Shown one piece after another: positions 34,519-47,973 of a DNA stretch of 64,000 bases. The stretch spans positions 992,001 through 1,056,000 of the forward strand of contig JASTWF010000070.1 of the NCBI GenBank assembly GCA_030390025.1. Reading direction: 5' to 3'. Each line of letters opens with the position of its first letter. The first letter of the stretch is position 1. The position numbers and the translations under genes are program-made. The notes under the pieces were generated by a model. The model ran no database searches, was not told where the DNA came from, and saw only the letters and a list, made by a program, of their open reading frames with translations. Source of the DNA: Squalus acanthias. Lineage: Eukaryota.

Positions 34519-35587
34519 GACTGGGAGGGGGCAGGAAAAGGAAGGAGGCAGATTTTTAATTCGGGATTTTTATTCAAGTCTATCTGTGTCTGATTAAATT
34601 ATTACAATCTTAAACTTTTAATATACAAATATTTAATCTCCAATTGGAGTTTCTGTTAAGGGAAGGTTCCAAGATACCGAAGATTTTTGCGTTTAATGAA
34701 TATTTAGTTTGTGTTCTACCCCAGAAAAATGAGGGGCGGATTGTAGAGATACGGATCAGCTGATGCACTTCGGCCGGAATCGTTCTGATAACGCGCTGTT
34801 ACTCTCTGATAGAATGCATCAGATTTTAAAACAATCTTTTCCCCCTAAAATAAATATTTCATAATAGACTGACGTCCCTTTCTCTAAATCAGCAGCAAGA
34901 CAACCCTGGATTTGTCAATCCTTTTAAAATTGTGGTGTCAGTTGATAAATATGATTTGGGCTTCAGTCTTTAAATACATTTCTGATGAGAATATTCCTCA
35001 GGCGGAGTAAAGAGCGAATTAGATGAATGAGAAAGAGGGGAAGAAAGCGGCATTTTACTCCCTGCCTCGGATTAAAGAGAAGTTGTTCTATTATAGTCTG
35101 AGTCATCCCCTTTAAAACTCAGGAGGGCAAATAAAACTCGGCACAGTATTAATAAAATGACACTTTGCCTTTAATTTACTGCGAGTCCGATTAATGCGCG
35201 CAGTTCCCGTTTTAAACCCTGTTCCAGTTGAATTATTAAGCGGCGGGATCAGTTGTTTCTGGGGCGCTGTGATGTTGAACACTTTCCCCTGTTTGGAGTC
35301 AATCCCTAACTCCCCACACTGAGTCTTGGTTCATGTTATTAAAAGTCAGATTGAAACTGGTTAGTGTCAGTTACTTGAGGGCGAAAGAAAAATGTATTAA
35401 ATTGTTAATAAATGGGTTTGCTCCAGATATTAGTGTCAAAGGAATAATATTTTTTTGTTTCATAATTAAATATATGAATTGTGTATCTGTGAAGTTAGAT
35501 ATTTCCCTGTTTCTTAGAAAAACACACAGAGCGGCCGGAGGGATTCTCGCCCCCTGGAGTAGCACTGAATTCCGGCAGCGATTGGTT

Positions 35588-35840
35588 CTCACCTGGACAC
35601 GGGGATTTTCGGTGAAGCCCAGGTGCTTGGTTCTGTTTCGGCGCTTGAACTGATCACTGATCCCTCTGCTCTGTTAGAATTATTAAAGGGGCTTTGGGGC
35701 TGTGACTGGAGCTGCTCACTCAACCTTGCACAGGGCCCAAGAGCTTTGTCACTGCTGACACTGACACGGCTGACTGGTGAACCAATCATTGCAGAGCACT
35801 GGCTACACAGCGCACTGCACCTTGGGAACTGTAGTTCCAC
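35588..35840 (-). promoter_or_regulatory. Repeated upstream module, copy 3
   Basis: ACTACAGTTCCCAAGGTGCA, CCAAT, CAG|GTGAGA. Confidence 0.5.
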
Positions 35841-36961
35841 ACATGATGCAACAGTTATACATTCCTTTCTGGCGCAAAAACACAAAAGGAAAAGCGACCC
35901 AACCATGGCTAACAAAAGAAATTAAGGATAGTATTAGATCTAAAGAGGAGTCATATAAAGTTGCCAGAAAAAGTAGCAAGGCTGAGGATTGGGAACATTT
36001 TAGAATTCAGCAAAAAAGGACCAAGAGATTGATTAAGAGTAGAAAAATAGAGTATGAGAGCAAAATTGCAAGGAACATAAAAGCCGACTGTAAAAGCTTC
36101 TACAGTTATGTAAAAATAAAAAAGATTAGTGACGACATATTTAGGTCACTTACAGTTAGAAACGGGAGAATTTATAATAAGTAACAAGGAAATGGAAAGC
36201 AATTAAACAAATACTTTTGTTCTGTCTTCACGGAAGAGGACACAAATAACTTCCCAGAAATGCTAGGGAACGAAGGGTCTCGTCAGAAGGAGGAATTAAA
36301 GGAAGTTAGTATTCGTAAAATAATAGCGCTGGGGAAATGAATGGGACTGAAAGCTGATGAATTCTCAGGGGCTGATAATTTGCATCCCAGAGTACTAAAC
36401 GAGGTAGCCATGGAAATAGTGGATGCATTGTTTGTCATCTTCCAAAATTCTATAGATTATGGAACAGTTCCTGCAGATTGGAGGGTGGAAAATGTAACCC
36501 CACTATTTAACAAAAGGAGGGAGAGAGAAAACAGAGAACTACAGACCGGTTAGCCTAACATCACTAGCATGAAAATGCTAGAGTCTATTATAAAGGATGT
36601 GATAACAGGGCACATAGAAAATATCAATGGGATTAGACAAAGTCAACATCGATTTATGAAAGGGAAATCGTGTTTGACAAACCTACTGGAGTTTTTGGAG
36701 GATGTAACTGGTAGAATAGATTAGGGAAAACCAGTGGATGTGGTGTATTTGGATATTCAGAAGGCCTTTGATAAAGTCTCACATAAGAGCTAATGTGTGC
36801 AGAATTAAAGCTCGTGGGATTAGGGGTATACTGGCATGGATAGAAAATTGTTTATCAGAGATGAATCAGAGAGTAGGAATAAATGGGTCTTTTTCGGGGT
36901 GGCAGGCAGTGACTAGTGGGGTACCGCAGGGATCACTGCTTGGGCCCCAGCTATTCACAAT

Positions 36962-37867
36962 GGACCAAAAATTCGGCCGTTCTCGAGTGAGTACTCAATG
37001 CGTCCTCACCCGCATTCATTCCCGAAGTGCCGGTTTCCTGCATGCACTGCGCATGCGCGGGAAACCGGCACTTCCGGTACGGCGATGGGGGCGGTTCCGA
37101 GGTGAACCGTGTGCGCACTGGAGGCTGTTCGCACACAGCACACTTGTTTTATTTTTCAGGTTTCAACGCGATGGTAAGTATTGAATCTTCTACGCCAGTA
37201 AAAAAGAGGCGTGAGACCCCTTTTGAACAAGGTAAGTAGTTAATAAAGTATAATTTAAAATTTTTTTCAACAGCTTTATCTTTTTTAGAGACTTTAAAGA
37301 AAGGTAAGTTTATTTTTATAACTTTTAAAAAGTATTTTAATATTTTCAAAAATTTATATTTTTGTTTAAAGTGGTTATGTTATTTAACTATAGTTATTTT
37401 ATTAATGTGATGGTTTTTTTTTAAATTTATTTGAGGTTTAGCTGTTCTTTTGGGGCCGATTTCAATTCACAGATTTGACAGGTCTCCTGTCAAATCTATG
37501 AATGATGTGGAGATGCCGGCGTTGGACTGGGGTGGACAAAAATGAGAAGTCGCACAACACCAGGTTATAGTCCAACAGATTTATTTAATTTTACAAGCTT
37601 TCGGAGCTGTCGCTCCTTCGTCAGGTAAGTTAGCAATCTATGAATGAAAGATGGTCTGCTGCTATTGGCTCTCCATGGCCCACGTGATCCCAAGGGTCGC
37701 ATCGCACCAACTGCGCCCCTTGAACACGCAAGCACTGCGGGCCGGCACTAGGGAGAGGCCCAGGAACCGAAGTTCCTGCGGGGGCAAACAAGAACGGCAG
37801 ACACGTTAGGTGATATCGCGCGTGATCCTTACCCCCGCGACAAGCCTCCGAATCGAATTTCTAGGCC
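36962..37867. mobile_element. Non-autonomous DNA transposon (Harbinger-like) nested in CR1
   Basis: Imperfect TIRs GGACCAAAAATTCG / GGCCTAGAAATTCG; 3-bp TSD AAT splitting the CR1 QLFTIYIND motif. Confidence 0.7.
37591..37628 (-). ncRNA. Minimal hammerhead motif in a Penelope pLTR-like fragment
   Basis: TTAC-CTGACGA-A-GGAGC(GACA)GCTCC-GAAAG-CTT-GTAA followed by AATAAA. Confidence 0.6.
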
Positions 37868-38829
37868 AATATATATCAATGATTTGGATGATGGAATCAA
37901 ATGTAATATTTCCAAATATGCTGACGACACGAAACTAGGTAGGATTGTGAGTTGTGAGGACGATTTAAAGAGGCTTCAAGGCGATTTAGACAAGTTGAGT
38001 GAGTGGGAAAATACATGGCAGATGCAGGTGGATAAATGTGAAGTTATCCACTTCGGTAGGAAAAACAGAAAGGCAGAGTATTATTTAAATGGTGATAGAT
38101 ATGGGGAATGTTGATGTACAAAGGGACCTGGATGTCCTTGTACACCAGTCACTGAAAGCAAACATGCAGGTGTAGCAAGCAGTTAGAGAGGGAAATGGTA
38201 TGTTGGCCTTCATTGCAAGAGGATTTGAGTAAAGGAACAAGGATGTCTTACTACAGTTATACAGGGCCTTGGTGAGACAACACCTGGAGTACTGTGTGCA
38301 GTTTTGGTCTCCTTTCCTCAGAAAGGATATACTTGCCATAGAGGGAGTGCAGCGAAAGTTCACCAGACTGATTCCTGGGATGGCAGGACTGTCGTATGAG
38401 AAGAGATTGGATCGACTAGGCCTGTATTCACTAGAGTTTAGAAGAATGAGAGGCGATCTCATTGAAACGTATAAAATTCTGACAGGGCTAGACAGACTGG
38501 ATGCAGGGAGGTCTAGAACGAGGGGTCACAGTGACAGGAATACGGGGTAGGACATTTAGGACTGAGATGAGGAGACATTTCTTCACTCCGAGTGTGATGA
38601 ACCTGTGGAATTCTCTATCAAAGACAGCTGTGGAAGCCAAGTCACTGATCATACTTAAGAAGGAAATAGATAGATTTCTAGACGCAAAAGGCATCAAGGG
38701 GTATGGGGTGAGAGCGGTAATATGGTATTGAGATGGAGGATCAGCCATGATCATATTGAATGGCAGAGCAGGCTCGAGGGGCCGAATGGCCTGCTGCTGC
38801 TCCAATTTTCCATGTTCCTATGTGTCTAT

Positions 38830-39812
38830 GGCCAATAGCCAAGTCAGCGAGTCTATTGACACCACTGTGTCAGATCTACCTCACCATCACCTCTCTCGAC
38901 CCATCCACTGTCTCTAAATTGTCACACTGCTTGTCCAACATCCAGCACTGCATGAGCAGAAATTTACTCCTACTAAATATTGGGAAGACCGAAGCCACTG
39001 TCTTTGGTCCCCGGCACAAATTCCACTCCGTCGCCATGGACTCCATCCCTCTCCCTGGCAGAACCAGACTGTTCACAACCTTGTTGTCATATCTGACCCT
39101 GAGATGATCTTCAGACCATATAGTTGCACCATAACTAAGACTGCCTATTTCCACCTCTGTAACATCGCCCATATCCAGCCTTGCCTCAGCTCATCTGCGG
39201 CTGAAACCCTCATCCGTGCCTTTATGACCTCTAGACTTGAATATTCCAAAGCACTTCTGGCCGGCCTCCCACATTCCAGCTTACTTAAACTTGAGGTCAT
39301 CCGAAACTCGGCTGCCCGTGTCCTAATTCTAACCAATACCTGTTCAATGATCACCCCTGTGCTCGCTGAACTACATTGGCTCCCGTTTAGGCAACACCTC
39401 GATTTTAAATCTCTCTGCCTTCTTTTCAAATTCCTCCACGGCCTCACTATCCCTATCTCTGTAATTTCCTCCAGTCCCACAAACCTCCGAGATATCTGTG
39501 CTCCTCTAATTCTGGCCAATTGGACATCCCCAATTATAATCTCTCAACTATTGCCGGCTGTGCTTTCAGCTACCTGTGCCCTAAGCTCTGGAAATCCCTC
39601 CCTGAACCTCTCCACCTCCCTATCTCTCTCTCTCCTCCTCTAACACGCTCCTTAAAACCTACCTCTGTGACCAATCATTTGGTTATCTGCCCAAATATAT
39701 CGTTAGTTCTTACGTGGCTTGGAGTAATTTTTTTCTGAAAACGCTCTTGTGAAGCACCTTGCGACATTTACTACATTAAAAGCACTATATAAATACCAGT
39801 TGTTGTTGTTGT
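38830..39812 (+). mobile_element. L2-type LINE 3' portion (duplicate of 16595-17480)
   Basis: LNIGKTE, SRLEY, NSAAR, ELHWLP; (GTT)n tail. Confidence 0.82.
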
Positions 39813-40005
39813 TGGAGTTGGATCGGGACTTAAGGCAGGAGTCACAGTAAACAGCCTATTTTACAGCAAACAAACTATATTTGCTCTGCAAACAGAGTTT
39901 AATTAAGCAGCACAGTGCAGCAAACAGTCTACAGAGTCTATTTTAAAAGAGTCTGTACGAACTACAGCAAATAGAATTCCTGATCCAAACTACAGCAACT
40001 CACCG

Positions 40006-40085
40006 TCTCTCACTGTATCTCTCTGACTCTCTCTCTCTCTGTCTCTCTCTCTCTCTGTCTCTCTCTCTTTCTCTCTCTCTCTCTG
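40006..40085. repeat. (CT)n microsatellite
   Basis: Direct inspection. Confidence 0.9.
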
Positions 40086-40819
40086 ATAGCTCAGCGAACA
40101 TGCGCAGGAAGTACAATCAGACATAGTTTACAATTTTGCTTTGATATTGTGATTCACACACATCTAAAAACTTAATCATGATTCTAGAAACAAAAATTGG
40201 GGAATAAGCATCATTCAATCAACAATGTTCGGGACAACACATTTGTCAATTAAATGCAAACAATGGTTACACACAAAACCATCATGAATTAATAGGAATG
40301 TGTGTTTCGGCCCTCAGGTAATGAATGCTAACCATATCCATCGGATGTAAACCTTCCTTTACAAACGCCAGTGATGCTAACTAACAAATTTCAGAAGAAA
40401 AGATCTCTGGAAATTGCTTCTCAACTCCCTTACACCATCAAGCAATCTCCAGCAGAATATGGTTACCAACAATTCCAGTTCTACTTAATATACTTTCGAC
40501 TTACTGCCATGTGTTATTACTGGATGTTTCTCAAATTGTGGAATAGAATAGATTTCTGCAACACTTTCTATTGCACAAGGTGTAGGTTGTCTTTAAACAC
40601 ACGCGTACAGATACCGAAAGGCATTCATTTATTCTGGATTGCATTTTATTCACAAGAACAATTGTTAGAACATTTCTCCCAGGTATCATCGGAGGGGTTC
40701 AGGCCTTCCCAAGTACGGCCTGGTGTTGGTCGGTTAAGTAGCGGATTTTCCGTTCTCAAATGGCCTTGTGGTTGAAATCTCTGTTTGGAGAGTGTTCAAT
40801 TCAGCAGTTACAGAATATA

Positions 40820-41220
40820 ATTACCTCTCCTGCTCGCCTCTGATTCAGAAGCTGTTGGGTTCAAGTCCCACTCCAGAGGCTTGAGCACATAATCCAGGCT
40901 GATAACCCAGTGCCAGCACTGAGGGAGCGCCGTACTGTCGGATGTGCCGCCTTTCGGATGAGACGTTAAACCGAGGCCCGATCTGCCCTCTCAGGTGGAC
41001 GTAAAATATACCACGGCACTATTTTGAAGAAGAGCTGGGGTTCACCTGGTAAATATTTATCCCTCAACCAACATCACTAAAACAGATTATCTGGAAACTA
41101 TCACGTTGCTGTTTGTGGGATCTTGCTGTGCGCAATATGGCTGAAGCGTTTCCTACATTACAACAGTGACTACACTTTAAAAGTACTGCCTTGTCTCTGA
41201 TCGTTTTGGGACATCCTGAA
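40820..41220 (+). mobile_element. Deu-domain SINE
   Basis: Homologous to 17484-17910. Confidence 0.75.
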
Positions 41221-41739
41221 ATCTGGACTGGGAGTTGGACCCACAAACTTCCAAGTGAAGAGGCGAGAGTGCGAGCAACTGCAGCATTGCTAACACCTGA
41301 ACATGCACTCGTTTACTTATCCTACTTCAGTGTGAATCACGACTGTACTGTGGGGAAGAACACGGTTCCCCAACCTTTTATTTCAGAAATATAACGGGCG
41401 TGAACAAAACCTCTCAAGAGATAAGCAAAATTAATATCCCGTTAATCAATCCGTCCCGTTTACTCAATTAGCATAAGGTAAGTTGGTCAGAATGCACAGT
41501 ACTCCGAATGGTGGGCCCTGGTTTTAATATGCACTGAATGGGAACTCGCGACACAGCGCCCCTAGCGGCCAACATAAATATCTACTAAAATCAAGAAATT
41601 CTTTGAGGGACCGGATGGCCAATTAGGAGGTAGGATGCTTGGACACATATTTATCATATCCAGCATCTCGCTGGGATAAATTCTCTTCTCATTCCTAAAA
41701 ATAATGGCAGAATCTAATTACAAAATAACAATTCATCAA

Positions 41740-42205
41740 TTCCAGTGATGAGGGACTTCAGTTACATGGATGGACTGGAGAAGCTAGGCTTGTTCTCCTT
41801 AGAGCAGAGAAGGTTGAGAGGAGATTTGATAGAGGTGTTCAAAATCGTGAGGGGTCTAGACAGAGTAGATAGAGAGAAACTGTTCCCATTGGCAGAAGGG
41901 CCGAGAACCAGAGGACACGGATTTAAGGTGATTGGCAAAAAACAGAGGCGACATGAGGATAAACCTCTTTACGCAGCGAGTGGTTAGGATCTGGCATGCA
42001 CTGTCTGAAGGGGTGGTGGAGGCAGACCCAATCGTGGCTTTCAAAGGGGAATTGGAAAAGTATCTGAAGGAAAGAAATTTGCAGGGCTATGGGGAAAGGG
42101 TGCGGGGAGTGGGATTAGCAGACGTGCTCTTGTGGAGAGCTGGCGCTGGCTCGACGGGCCGAATGGCGGCCTTCTCTGCTGTAACAATTCTATGATTCTA
42201 TGATT
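41740..42205 (+). mobile_element. CR1-like LINE 3' fragment
   Basis: LGLFSLEQRRLRGDLIEVFKI; ATTCTATG tail. Confidence 0.8.
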
Positions 42206-42815
42206 TTAAACTTCTAGTGCATTTTTCTATTTTAGGAAAAAAATTGAATTTGCTTGCGGGAAATTTCCAACAAACTGGTCACTAACTTGCTACAGTGGCA
42301 CCAGTCCAGGCAAAAAGAAAGACAAATGCGACACCAGAGCGTTCTCATTGTTTAAAGTTAGATTGCATACCGCCATCGTACTGATACACTGGATTATCTT
42401 TAGAATACGCTAAGTGGTGTTTGAAAAAGCAATACATTCTGCATATATCCTGGCGAGTGCACAGAGATAGGATCATAGGAACAGGAGGAGGCCATTCAGC
42501 TCCTCCAGCCTGTTCCGCCATTCAATGAGATCACGCTGATCTGTATCTTAACTCCATCTACCCGCCCTGCTCCTGTAACCCTTAATACACTTACACAAGA
42601 AAAATCTATCAATCTCAGTTTTCACATTTTCAATTGACCCCCAACCTCAACGCTTTTGCGGGGAGAGAGTTCCAGATTTCAACTGCACTTTGTGTGAAGA
42701 AGTGCCTCCTGCCATCACCCCTGAACGGCCTGTCTCTAACTTTAAGGTTATGCCCCCTTGTTCTGGTCTCCCCCCACCAGAGGAAATATTTTCCCTCTAT
42801 CTAAAGGAGAGACAT

Positions 42816-43830
42816 CTGTGGCCGAGTTGGTAGCATCCTCGCCTCTGAGTCAGAAAGTGCTGGGTTAAATTTTCGCTCCAGAGACTTGAGCACAAAAACC
42901 TAGGCTGACACTCCCAGTGCAGTATTGAGGGAGCGCTGCACTGTCAGAGCTGCCATCTTTCAGATGAAGCACTAAACTGTGAACAGTTTTGGTCTGTTAT
43001 CTAAGGAAGGATATACTTACATTGGAGGCGATGCAACGAAGGTTCCCTAGATTGATTCCTGGGATGAGAGGGCTGTTCTATGATGAGAGATTGTATAGAA
43101 TGAGCCTATACTCGCTGGAGTTTAGAAGAATGAGAGGTGATCTCATTGAAACATATAAGATTCTGAAGGGGATTGACAGAGTACAGGCTAAGAGGTTGTT
43201 TCCCCTGGCTTGGTTGTCTGGAACGAGGGGGCATAGGCTTAGGATAAGGGGTTGGCCATTTAAGCCTGAGATGAGGAGGAATTTCTTCACTCAGAGGGTG
43301 GTGAATCTTTGGAATTCTCTACCTCAGAGGGCTGTGGAGGCTCAGTCTTTGAGTATATTCAAGGCTGAGATCGATAGATTTTTGGACTCTAGGGGAATCA
43401 CGGGATATGGAGAAGGGGCGGGAAAGTGGAGTTGATGTCGATGATCAGTCATGATCTTATTGAATGGTGGAGCAGGCTCGATGGGCCGTATGGCCTACTG
43501 CTGCTCTTATTTCTTATGTTCTTATGTTCTTATGAGGCCCTGTCAGCCCTCTCAGTTTGACGTAATTGATGCAATGGCAATATATCAAGGAAACCCAGGG
43601 GAGTTAGCTGTGGAGTCCTGGCCAATATTTATCCCTCAACCAACATCACTAAAAAACAGATGATCTGGTCATTATCACATTGGTCTTTGTGGGAGCTTGC
43701 TGTGTGCAAATTGGCTGCTGCGTTTCCTACATTACAACAGTGACTACATTTCAAAAAAAGTACTTCATTTGGCTGTGAAGCGCTTTGGGACGTCCGGTGG
43801 TGGTGAAAGGCGCTATAGAAATGCAATTCT
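42816..43830 (+). mobile_element. Deu-domain SINE interrupted by a CR1 3' fragment (about 42981-43533)
   Basis: SINE head at 42816-42980 resumes at about 43534. Confidence 0.75.
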
Positions 43831-44864
43831 TTCTATTTTCTATCTACTTTAATCATCTTAAGCTCCTTAGTTTGAGATAGTTTAGGAGTTTGTTGAGAGT
43901 CTCTGTGGCTTTACATTGCAAGTTAAGTTACAGTTTCCACCTGCTGTGGATTCTTTCGTAAATCTGATGAATCCCATTCGTGTTCTCGCCTCTTTCCCGC
44001 CTTCTTTAATTATGACATTTTCAATGCAGCAAAATCCGCCGATATGTCGAGTCTGGTCACGCGGGCCGCCTCGAGCCTGGAAAACATGTTAAAACAGGGA
44101 TATATATAAATATTTGAATCGCGTTTACATGAGCTTACTCGTTCTCCATAAGATACGGACCTGGCTTACTGTTTATAGGCAACAGTAGACGGATATTAAT
44201 CATAAATAATCACAAGTTAGAAAACAAAAAGATAATTTTTAAAATGAAAGTGTTCATTCGGACAGCTGCACTGTTTGATTGGTTGACACGTCGAACCAAT
44301 CCAATCAGCCGTTTCGTCATACGCCATCTGCCAGGAAAAGTATTTCCAGGTTTAAGGGGCACAGTTCCGAACAATGGCCCCTGGTCATTGGTTTAAGAGA
44401 ATGTAAACCGCTGCTATGGCGCCCCTACCGGCAAGCGAAGAGTCTGCGTATGCCTGCGACCTCAATGAAAAAGCTGTTTGCCAGTTCGGAGGGCCAAGCT
44501 CGCTGCTTCGTGGCGCAGACAGATAGCAACAGTTTCTCGTTGTAGCACACAGAAACATACATACACACAAACACATACACACATAAACGTACGCCTGGAA
44601 GGACAAGGGAAGCAGGCGCATGGAAACACCTTAAAAGTTCCCCTCCAAGTCACACACCACCCTGACTTGGAAGTATATCGACCGTTCCTTCATCGTTGCT
44701 GGGTCAAAATCCTGGAACTCCCTCCCTAAGAGCACTGTGGGAGCACCACACGGGACTGCAGCGGTTCAACAAGGCGGCTCACCACCACCTTCTCAAGGGC
44801 AACTAGGGATGGGCAATAAAAGCCGGCCTTGCCAGCGACGCCCACATCCCATGAATAAAGAGAA

Positions 44865-45040
44865 ATATACACATACTCACAGATACACACATATACACAC
44901 AGACATACTCACACATACACAAACACATATACACCTCGACACATATACACTCACACAGACGCACACACACACACACACGCACAAATAAAAATACAGACTC
45001 ACCCACGTATAAAGACAGACATACACATGCACAGAAACGC
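44865..45040. repeat. Imperfect (CA)n microsatellite
   Basis: Direct inspection. Confidence 0.85.
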
Positions 45041-46519
45041 AATCTTAAGTCTTGTATATCGACTGAGCATGGAAGCCATTTAGCAACATAGTTTGCGTTA
45101 TCTTCACAATTATCCAGGAATGACGTCGCATTTCTGCATCTCTATAATAATTCCTGTGGCTAAAGTATTAAAAACAATCACCACTCCGGGGTCGGCTGTG
45201 GGTACCTCGACTCCCTGTAGAAATAATAAAAACGCTGTAAAATCTGGGTATCTGAAATACAAACAAAAACTGCTGGAATGACACTGCGAATGAGTGTCTG
45301 TCGAAGGCATTAAACCAAAGACATTAACTGATCATTTCTATCAGTAGATGAATGTGCGGTTGATGGATTCGCTCTGTTTCCAATCGGAGTGATAATGGGG
45401 ATTGGATGGAAATTAAGATGACGTAGACCGCGGTCTGCTCTCTGTTCACGGGGCGAAACATCCATTTGAAGCTAAAACTGTACGCGAACAAAATATGAAA
45501 CAAGCATTAATTCTGGTAAATCCTTGGTCACGTGCCATAAATATTGAGAATAGAATTGTGGGATGTTCTTTGAATCAATCTTAAAAGAATGTGAAAAATA
45601 TAAAAAATATACCATTAAAGGCGGAGTTGGGGTTGACTAGCTTTGACACATGCTTGAAAACTACCACAGTGAATGGTTGAGGCGAATAGCATAGATGCAA
45701 TTAAGGGGAAGCTAGTTAACACATGAGGGAGAAAGGGATAGAAGGTTATGTTAATGGGGTGAGATGAAGAGGGGAGGGAGGAGGCTCCAGTGGAGAATGA
45801 ACACCGGCATGGACCAGTTGGGCCGAATGGCCTGTGTCTGTGCTGCACTTTCTGTGTCGTTCTATGGAAGGCGCCTATGGAACCTATGTCAAGGGTTTCC
45901 ATCTTCAGAAGAATGAAGCGGTTTGGTAACTGGGAGCTAAGAGAAAGTTACATCAATTTTAATTTAAAATGAATTACTGGTAGAATTGGTTTTGAATTGA
46001 GCAGACCATTTAGTACCTCACTGAATTTCTGAAGAGCGATGCGGAAATGCGTGACCTCAACTGACAAAGAAGCGAGTCTGAGCTTGAAGCAGAGAGGGGC
46101 AGCTCGTTGGCAGCAAAGAGGCGCTTTGGCTGTGACCGCGCCTGTTGCTCTGAATACCACAGATCACGCTGCTCTGGCCGCTTGCGAAGAGATGTGCAAA
46201 GTGCAGCGAGTTGCGGAAACGGCTGGCCGAGATTCTGACTTGAGCTGGAAAATAATGGCCGAGCTAGAAGCTCTCTGTGGTTTTCCTGTTTCTGCAGATT
46301 AGCCGCCCAGACACAGAAATTTCAAACAGTGAGGCACCATGCTCAACCGCACACAGAAGACAGTTGTCACCCAGGGTAGGTTCAACTGAACAGAGAGCAG
46401 ACTCGAGTACATTGACCACATTTACAGCCTCCCCTTCCATGTGACACCTCGTCCTGTTTATCTGCATTGCCCGGTGTTTGCACAGGAGTAATTGATACTA
46501 TTCTGATCCTCAATATAAT

Positions 46520-46935
46520 TCATTAAATAACCACTCCCTCCACCACGGGCGCACCGTGGCTACAGTGTGCACTATCTCCATACAAGATGCACTGCAGCAA
46601 CTCGCCAAGGCTTCTCCGACAGCACCTCCCAAACCCGCGACCTCCAACAGCTAGAAGGACAAGGAGCGCAGGCGCATGGGAACACCACCACCTCCAAGTT
46701 CCCCGCTCCAAGTCACACACACCCTCCTGACTTGCACAAATACCGGCCGTTCCTTCATCGTCGCTGGACTCAAAATCCTAGAATTCCCTCCCTAACGGCA
46801 CTGCGGGAGCACCTTCACCTCTCGGGACTGTAGCGGTTGAAGAAGGCGGCTCACCACCACATTCTCAAGGGAAACTAGGGATGGACAATAAATGCTGCCC
46901 TTGCCAGCTACGCCCTCATCCCGTGAATGAATTAA
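46520..46935 (+). mobile_element. LINE 3' fragment (second copy at about 44595-44860)
   Basis: WNSLP-type end with shared GGCTCACCACCAC..TCTCAAGG tail. Confidence 0.7.
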
Positions 46936-47061
46936 ATACAATTCTCAATTTTAACTGTCAAAATTAAAATTCAGAACAATGACAAGTCCACAGATCCATA
47001 CCATAACCTTTCTGTCACCCTCTCCGAACTATAATCGAAAGCTCTTTATAGCCACTCTGCA

Positions 47062-47091
47062 ATTTGCATTAGACTGACAGCTGTGACGTAC
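47062..47091 (+). promoter_or_regulatory. Octamer ATTTGCAT, E-box CAGCTG and CRE-like TGACGT upstream of the VJ-C1 gene
   Basis: 47062-47069, 47078-47083 and 47084-47089; about 225 bp 5' of the ATG. Confidence 0.55.
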
Positions 47092-47291
47092 AGTCACTGC
47101 CCACATGTAAAAGACATGAGGCGTCGGATCCAACAGGATACTGCATCTAACGGCTTAGCGCGGAATAGTTACCACCGTATCTGAAGGGGGTGTAACCAAT
47201 TGTGTGTGCGCTCGGGTCACTCGGCGCCCACTCCGAATGCAGAATGTTAAGAGCGAGCACGGGAATAACTGAGCGCGGTTCCGGCCTCAAG

Positions 47292-47346
47292 ATGTTCAAG
47301 GAAGCTGTTTCCCTGATCCTCATTTTCCACGTGTTCTGGCCTTACG
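47292..47346 (+). CDS. Leader exon of VJ-C1 receptor
   Basis: MFKEAVSLILIFHVFWPY-G|GTGAGT, phase 1. Confidence 0.8.
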
Positions 47347-47461
47347 GTGAGTGAGACACGGTTCCAAACTCCTAAATGGAATCAGTCAAAAACTGGAAAC
47401 AATGGACTCTGTTTACTAAGTTGAAAATGTGACCCAGCTAACAGCTTTTGGCCTGATATTT

Positions 47462-47790
47462 TCGCACCCTCCCTATTTCTGTGACCTCCTCCAGACCTGC
47501 AACCCTCCGAGATCTCTGCGCTCCTCCAATTCTGCCCTCTTGCGCATCCCCATCGCTCCATCCTTGGTGGCGGTGCCTTCAGCTGCCTGGGCCCTAAGCT
47601 CTGGAATTCCCTCCCCAACCCTCTCCGCCTCTCTCTCCTCCGTTATGACGCTCCTTAGCACTTAGCTCTTTGACCAAGCTTTTGGTCACCTGTCCTAATA
47701 TCTCTTTCTGTGGCTCGGTTTCAAATTTGTGTAAAGCGCCTGGGGTCGTTTAATTACGTTAAAGGCGCTGTATCAAATAAAGTTGTTGTT
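47462..47790 (+). mobile_element. L2 3' fragment in intron 1
   Basis: Matches the L2 tail at 17170-17470. Confidence 0.75.
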
Positions 47791-47973
47791 GATAATGTTG
47801 GTTTACTTTCTGATCCTTCTATAAGGCGAAGTAAAGGCAAACTATAGAATGGATATAACAAGCAATAACTGAAGGCAATAATGATGCTGTTCTTAAATTA
47901 CAGGCGAGGTGTTTCAACGCGGTTTCTTTCTATCGCTCAATAATCAGTACTAATGTCACAATAATCCCTCTAG

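Larger units (their letters stand above)
35845..38827 (+). mobile_element. 5'-truncated degenerate CR1 LINE
   Basis: ORF2 fragments (QPWLTKEI, VPQGS, KYADDTKL, FWSP); inserted at a site that is empty in copy A (about 16576). Confidence 0.88.
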
